In this document: in pieces, positions 59,515-64,000 of the stretch | Layout: each line of letters starts with the position of its first letter | Numbering within the stretch: the stretch's first letter is position 1 | Origin: Nitrosopumilus sp. | GTDB taxonomy: Archaea > Thermoproteota > Nitrososphaeria > Nitrososphaerales > Nitrosopumilaceae | DNA: 64,000 nt | Assembly (NCBI GenBank): GCA_965207075.1 | Contig: CBDBLO010000002.1 | Span: 352,001-416,000, forward strand | Direction of reading: 5' to 3' | Translations under genes and position numbers: made by a program | Notes under the pieces: generated by a model | Database searches by the model: none | What the model was told of the DNA's origin: nothing | Seen by the model: only the letters and a program-made list of their open reading frames with translations

Positions 59515-60006
59515 TCAGGCTCCCCTGTAGTTAGACTGTGATGCCGGTGATGATGATGCCGGCGCACCTGGCGCCGCATCTGACGCGGGCCCGTAGGCTG
59601 CCGCCCACCACGTGGCGCCCCTCAGGGCCTCGGAGTATGCGCCTATCATGGAGTGCATGTACCTGTCAAACGCCTTCATGCCCTGCGAGCGGGCCTTTGC
59701 GTACCACTGCAGGATGTCGCCGTATCCGTCAAGCTGCGCCAGCACGTGGTCCGTCGTCCTGTCCGCTGAGCGCCCGAACCTGTCCAGAAAGCCCGGGTCG
59801 GCGCCGCCCGCCATCCTGTCTAGGAGCTCCCGCTCTGAGAGCAAAAGCATGCCGAACACGTTGTCCAGCATGTGCAGGTACTCTTTGTACATGTCTGAGT
59901 ATATCTGAAAGTGGGTCGGCGACTGGAGTTCCATCTCCCTGAGCATCCTCGATGTGTTCTCCTTTATTATGTCCGTAAATGATACGGTGCCGGCGCCCTG
60001 TGACAT
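59515..60006 (-). CDS. Hypothetical alpha-helical protein
   Basis: ORF upstream of the ALDH; the ORF-track start (60057) lies inside the IS end, so ATG 60006 after ATAAATA is preferred. Confidence 0.7.
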   Translation of the reverse strand: MSQGAGTVSFTDIIKENTSRMLREMELQSPTHFQIYSDMYKEYLHMLDNVFGMLLLSERELLDRMAGGADPGFLDRFGRSADRTTDHVLAQLDGYGDILQWYAKARSQGMKAFDRYMHSMIGAYSEALRGATWWAAAYGPASDAAPGAPASSSPASQSNYRGA

Positions 60007-60050
60007 TTCATGGTGCGTTTGTGCTTTGTATTTATGCGTATGGCGTGCCT

Positions 60051-61433
60051 CAGTCAACCCAACAGCGTCCCCAAACGGCTGGTTAGGGCGGCGGCTTCGG
60101 CGGCGGCTTCGGCGGCCTTGGAGGCAGCGTGCGGGCTAGGATGCGCAGCAGAATGTACGTGGTCATCTCGTCCTGCGTTACCACGGGCGTCCCGTCCCAG
60201 TCCGGATGATCCTGCGCGTTCTGGGCCGCGTGCAGTATGTTGAACATCACCCACGCGTTGAACAGCATGATCCCGTAAAGGAAGCAGAACGCGCGCAGCT
60301 CCGCGTTCTTGGACCGGGTCTTTGGCCTCGCGTGCTCGATCATCCTGTACCCCGTCTCGACGCCCCAGCGCCGGGAGTATTCCTCGACGTCGAGGTCGGG
60401 GTTGTTCGTAGCAAACATGATGTAGCGCTCGTGCGGCGGCAGGTCAGGATCGTCGTAATCCGCGCCGCCGCCGGCGCGCCTCTTGCGCACTGCAATGACT
60501 CCCGTGTACCGGACGCAGTTGTATCCGTCCGATATGACGACCTCCGACCTGGACCCGCGCATGCCGGCTGCAAACCTGTTGATCTCCTCCACGACGGTCG
60601 TGGTGTTCCTGCACGGTATGATGTAGTCGATGTTTTCGTCGGCCAGCACCCTCATCACGGACGTGTCAAAGAACTCCCTGTCGGCCATCAGGACTCCGAT
60701 CCCGACCCCGTGCCCCCTGCATATTGTGACCAGTTTTCGTAGGTAATCCGCGCTGTCCTCCAGCGCCGGCATCGGAAGCGCCCCGAGCGTCAGCCTGGCC
60801 CCCGGGGTCACCGACTGGATCGTAAAGTAGCGCTCAAACCACTGCGTCCCGTCCTTCCACCTGGACCTGTGGAGCTCGGGCCCGCGCTCCTTGTCGTACC
60901 TCGGTATGAGGTGCATGTCTATTGCCACGTCGAGCCTGCCCGGCAGGAGCCCCCGGTCGCGGAGCAGGTCCAGGTTCGCGTCGAGCTCCTCCCGAAACGC
61001 CGCAAGCGCCGTGCCGGGCCTGATCCTCGCGAGGTGCTTTCGCTGCCACTCGCCGCAGGGCATGGCCGCCTCCGCCTCCGCGAGCCTCCTCCCTATGATC
61101 CTGTTGTGCGCTCTCCTTGCAGAGTCCGCGCGCCCGGACGAGGACGAGCTGAATACCCCGCCCAGCAGCAGCCCGTCGTTCAGGTGCCCCTCCGTGAACA
61201 CGGCGTTCGGGGCATGCGAGACGGGCAGCATGCGCGCCACTATCCCCTCCATGGTCCCGACGACACTTTCATAAACGTCGATCCGTGACGTCATATCGCG
61301 TTCCAGTGGTCCTGTTGTCACGAAGAGTTCCGTTGGAACGCCCTCTTATAGATCTATACGCGCAGATACTTTTGACATGCGCTGAAGCCGGTGCCAAAAA
61401 CCAGTTAGTCTGGCCTAACTATTGGCTTGACTG
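60051..61433 (-). mobile_element. ISH3-like (IS4-superfamily) insertion sequence, 1383 bp
   Basis: TIRs CAGTCAACCCAACAG / CAGTCAAGCCAATAG (13/15 match); TSD TGCCT at 60046-60050 and 61434-61438. Confidence 0.92.
60083..61321 (-). CDS. DDE transposase
   Basis: AIDMHLIPRY, MADREF and YSRRWGVETGYR (YREK-like) motifs. Confidence 0.92.
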   Translation of the reverse strand: MTTGPLERDMTSRIDVYESVVGTMEGIVARMLPVSHAPNAVFTEGHLNDGLLLGGVFSSSSSGRADSARRAHNRIIGRRLAEAEAAMPCGEWQRKHLARIRPGTALAAFREELDANLDLLRDRGLLPGRLDVAIDMHLIPRYDKERGPELHRSRWKDGTQWFERYFTIQSVTPGARLTLGALPMPALEDSADYLRKLVTICRGHGVGIGVLMADREFFDTSVMRVLADENIDYIIPCRNTTTVVEEINRFAAGMRGSRSEVVISDGYNCVRYTGVIAVRKRRAGGGADYDDPDLPPHERYIMFATNNPDLDVEEYSRRWGVETGYRMIEHARPKTRSKNAELRAFCFLYGIMLFNAWVMFNILHAAQNAQDHPDWDGTPVVTQDEMTTYILLRILARTLPPRPPKPPPKPPP

Positions 61434-61540
61434 TGCCTTGGAGCCATGCCTAGCGGCAGCCTGGCCCGCGCCCCATGTCTGGCAGTATTGTCCGCGTTTT
61501 TTTGTAGCGGCAGTGGCGGCGACGACGACGGTGGCGGCGC

Positions 61541-62056
61541 CTAGAAGACCTGCTGCATGTCGTTCTTTATCTCGTCTATCTTTTTGGCGTACGCCTTTTT
61601 CGGCCTGTCGTTGTTCTTAAAGTTCAGTATGCTCCCGCACGACGGGCACTTGAACATGCCGTCGAGCGCGTCCTCGAACGTCACCCGGAGGCACTCGTCG
61701 TTGCCGCAGTGGTAGAACTCTGACGCGTTCTCGTACTCGAGCCTCTGCTGCAGGCGCTCGGTTATCTTCTTCTTCTGCTTTTCGATGAACTGCTCCACCT
61801 CCTCGCGCCTGGTCCTCCACCTGTATACGAACCACCCCTTGCGCTCGTCCTTTACCTTTATCCCGGTTATCAGCGACTTGCCAAAGAGGTCGTAGAGCAC
61901 CTTGCGCACCATGTTTATCCTCAGTCCGGTGGAGCTTGCAATCTCCTCGTCGGTGGCGTCCTCGGACTTTAGCAGGGATATCGCGACCTTGAGGTACTCG
62001 TCGCCTCCAAGTATGGCCGCGATCTTTACAAACGGATCCTCGTACTTTTCTGCCAC
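61541..62056 (-). CDS. tfe: Transcription factor E alpha
   Basis: TDEEIASSTGLRINMVRKVLYDL, GWFVYRW, FKCPSCG. Confidence 0.95.
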   Translation of the reverse strand: MAEKYEDPFVKIAAILGGDEYLKVAISLLKSEDATDEEIASSTGLRINMVRKVLYDLFGKSLITGIKVKDERKGWFVYRWRTRREEVEQFIEKQKKKITERLQQRLEYENASEFYHCGNDECLRVTFEDALDGMFKCPSCGSILNFKNNDRPKKAYAKKIDEIKNDMQQVF

Positions 62057-62092
62057 CGTGCGCGGTCAGTTATGTGGCTATTAATCTGTTGT

Positions 62093-62725
62093 TTACTGCG
62101 CCTTGTGCGCCCCGGGCTGATCGTCGTCGCGATTGCCATCATCACCGTCATCATCATCACCACCACCACCACCACCGTACGCGCGTGACTCAACCCGCTT
62201 GCCGTGACGGGACGGGACTATGCGCCGCCTTGCCCCCCCGAACCGCTCCTGCCCGAGCTGGGAGCCCTGGTATATGCGGTCAAGCAGGACTGCCAGGGCC
62301 GCAATCTCCGAGTGAGGCTGCCCCCCCACGCTTACGTTGTAGTCTGCCGCGTCGTACACCTCCCTTGGCACCTTTTTGGCGCCTACTACGACAAGCATCC
62401 TGGCCGCGCCGTCCGCGGCGCGCCGCCGCAGCTCGCCCTGTACGTCGTTTATGGACTCGCCGTACATCGACAGGTGCACGACCGTATAGCCCTGCCGCGC
62501 CTTTTCGCGCAGGACGGGCCTCCACCCGTCCACGTACTCGACTTCGAATTTGCCCCCCCACGTCTCGTTTATTGCGCGTACGCCCTGCCTGATCTCGGGG
62601 TTCGCCTCAGTCATGTATATCCTGGACGCCCCAAAGGCCCTGGCCACCAGGGCCGCATGCGTGGTGACCCTGTCGTCCCTGACGGGGCGCTGGCCGATCC
62701 GGAGCACCTCTATGGTCGCGGTCAT
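62093..62725 (-). CDS. trm56: tRNA (cytidine56-2'-O)-methyltransferase
   Basis: [25 protein letters not shown] and [14 protein letters not shown] motifs. Confidence 0.93.
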   Translation of the reverse strand: MTATIEVLRIGQRPVRDDRVTTHAALVARAFGASRIYMTEANPEIRQGVRAINETWGGKFEVEYVDGWRPVLREKARQGYTVVHLSMYGESINDVQGELRRRAADGAARMLVVVGAKKVPREVYDAADYNVSVGGQPHSEIAALAVLLDRIYQGSQLGQERFGGARRRIVPSRHGKRVESRAYGGGGGGDDDDGDDGNRDDDQPGAHKAQ

Positions 62726-63939
62726 GCGCGGCCGTCCGCCCCCTCGCGTGCTGCCGCAGTTTCCGTCGCTGCCGCGACGGCCTCTGGGACGCGGGTACCC
62801 TTCTTGTCCCGGCGTCCGGGACGCCACGCGCCGCCCGCGGCCGGGCCGAAGGCCATCTCGGCTATCATGTCATTCAGCCCGTCGATGTTAGCGCCAGTCT
62901 TGGCCGATACGGCGACCCACCTCCCCGTGCCGTCATCGTCGTCGTCCGCGCCCGCAATTCCCAGCCGCTCGGCCCTCCTCCTCGCGACATCGGCGCCCGG
63001 CGCGACCATGTCGGCCTTGTTGAGCGCGTATATGACGCGCTCCTCCCTCACTCCAAGCTCGCCTAGCGCGGCGTGGCAGCTGGCAATCTTTCTCCTTGCC
63101 GCCTGCACGGGATCGGCAAAGTCCACGACCAGCACTATCACGTCCGCGTGCCCGAGCTCCTCCAACGTGGAGCGGAACGCCTCTATCATATACGCGGGCA
63201 GCTTGCTGATGAACCCGACCGTGTCTGAGACCAGCACCGGCTCCGCGGCCCTGCCGCCGACCTGGGCGCGCCTCGTGGTGGTGGAGAGAGTGGTGAACAG
63301 CTCGTCGCCCTTCTCGTTGCTCTCCCCCGTCATTGCGTTGAACAGCGTGGTCTTGCCTGCCGACGTGTACCCCGCAAGCGAGACTGTCTTGAACCCCGCC
63401 CGCCTGCGCGCACTCCTGTGTAGTTCGCGCTGCCTTCCGGACTTTTCGAGCTTCGCCCTAGTCGAGTTCATCCGGTTCCGTATGTCGTTGTAGTACACGT
63501 CGACCCCGAACTTGCCGATCCCCCTAAACCCCGGCTGCTCGCCCATGCTCGCGAGCCTGACCCTCTCCTTTGCCCTGGCCATCTCGTACCTGAGCTGCGC
63601 CAACCTCACCTGCAGTCTAGACTCGGCGCTCGACGCGCGCCTCTCGAATATCTCCAGTATGAGGGTCTCCCTGTCGAGTATCTCCATGTGCACGGCCGAC
63701 GCCAAATTATAGTTCTGGCTCGGCTTTAGGATCTCGTCGTATACCACCACGTCGGGGCCCGTCTCCTCTACGATCTCCTGCAGCTTTTCGAGCGCCCCGC
63801 GCCCTATCCCGTACCTGGGGTGCCCCAGATAGCGTTGCCTCATCACGCGTACGGGCTCGTACCCGGCCGCGTCGCAGAGGCCCAGCGCCTCGCCCACGGC
63901 GTCCTCCCCGTTGCGCGTGATCAGGACCGCGGCCTTCAT
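62722..63939 (-). CDS. hflX: GTPase HflX
   Basis: [38 protein letters not shown] and SAK motifs. Confidence 0.95.
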   Translation of the reverse strand: MKAAVLITRNGEDAVGEALGLCDAAGYEPVRVMRQRYLGHPRYGIGRGALEKLQEIVEETGPDVVVYDEILKPSQNYNLASAVHMEILDRETLILEIFERRASSAESRLQVRLAQLRYEMARAKERVRLASMGEQPGFRGIGKFGVDVYYNDIRNRMNSTRAKLEKSGRQRELHRSARRRAGFKTVSLAGYTSAGKTTLFNAMTGESNEKGDELFTTLSTTTRRAQVGGRAAEPVLVSDTVGFISKLPAYMIEAFRSTLEELGHADVIVLVVDFADPVQAARRKIASCHAALGELGVREERVIYALNKADMVAPGADVARRRAERLGIAGADDDDDGTGRWVAVSAKTGANIDGLNDMIAEMAFGPAAGGAWRPGRRDKKGTRVPEAVAAATETAAAREGADGRA

Positions 63940-64000
63940 CTTCCCGCCCTCTCCTTGCCTGTCATTGTAACACACCGCCGCGGCTTGGCAGTCATAATAT

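Noticed and set aside
62074-62592. Poly-His ORF on the + strand
   Set aside because: Antisense reading of the Gly/Asp tail of trm56.

Overview
Chromosomal segment of a high-GC ammonia-oxidising archaeon (Nitrososphaerota, Nitrosopumilaceae-like). The assignment is inferred from PEFG-CTERM and CFI-box-CTERM proteins, IPxWIKxNAGWW repeats, an A-type ATPase, TFE, S19e and GCH III. It may be an animal (e.g. sponge) symbiont, but the sequence does not prove that. From left to right: the end of the A-type ATP synthase operon (A, B, D, a 45-aa ORF, c); divergent pyrI/pyrB; and a ~29-kb cell-surface metal-handling cluster (~6-35 kb). The cluster holds a NikR-like regulator, a Zn/Mn ABC transporter with two binding proteins, a CopC-CopD-propeller fusion, a cupredoxin, four paralogous secreted proteins with swapped C-terminal anchors, a MoxR/DUF58/vWA module and many His/Met/Asp-coding tandem repeats. 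Next come rhomboid, tautomerase, nitrilase and thiolase/DUF35; an HTH + ATP-cone + catalytically dead class III RNR protein directly upstream of a class II RNR; nep1, tRNA-Gly, rnp4, rps19e, a PDCD5-like gene and a His-rich CDF transporter; a riboflavin operon with an unexplained amidohydrolase; an intact ISH3-like IS with TIRs and a 5-bp TSD; and tfe, trm56, hflX. Best leads: (1) the surface 'metal sponge' system, (2) the pseudo-RNR transcription-factor candidate, (3) the candidate missing riboflavin deaminase. All calls come from motif reading without database searches.
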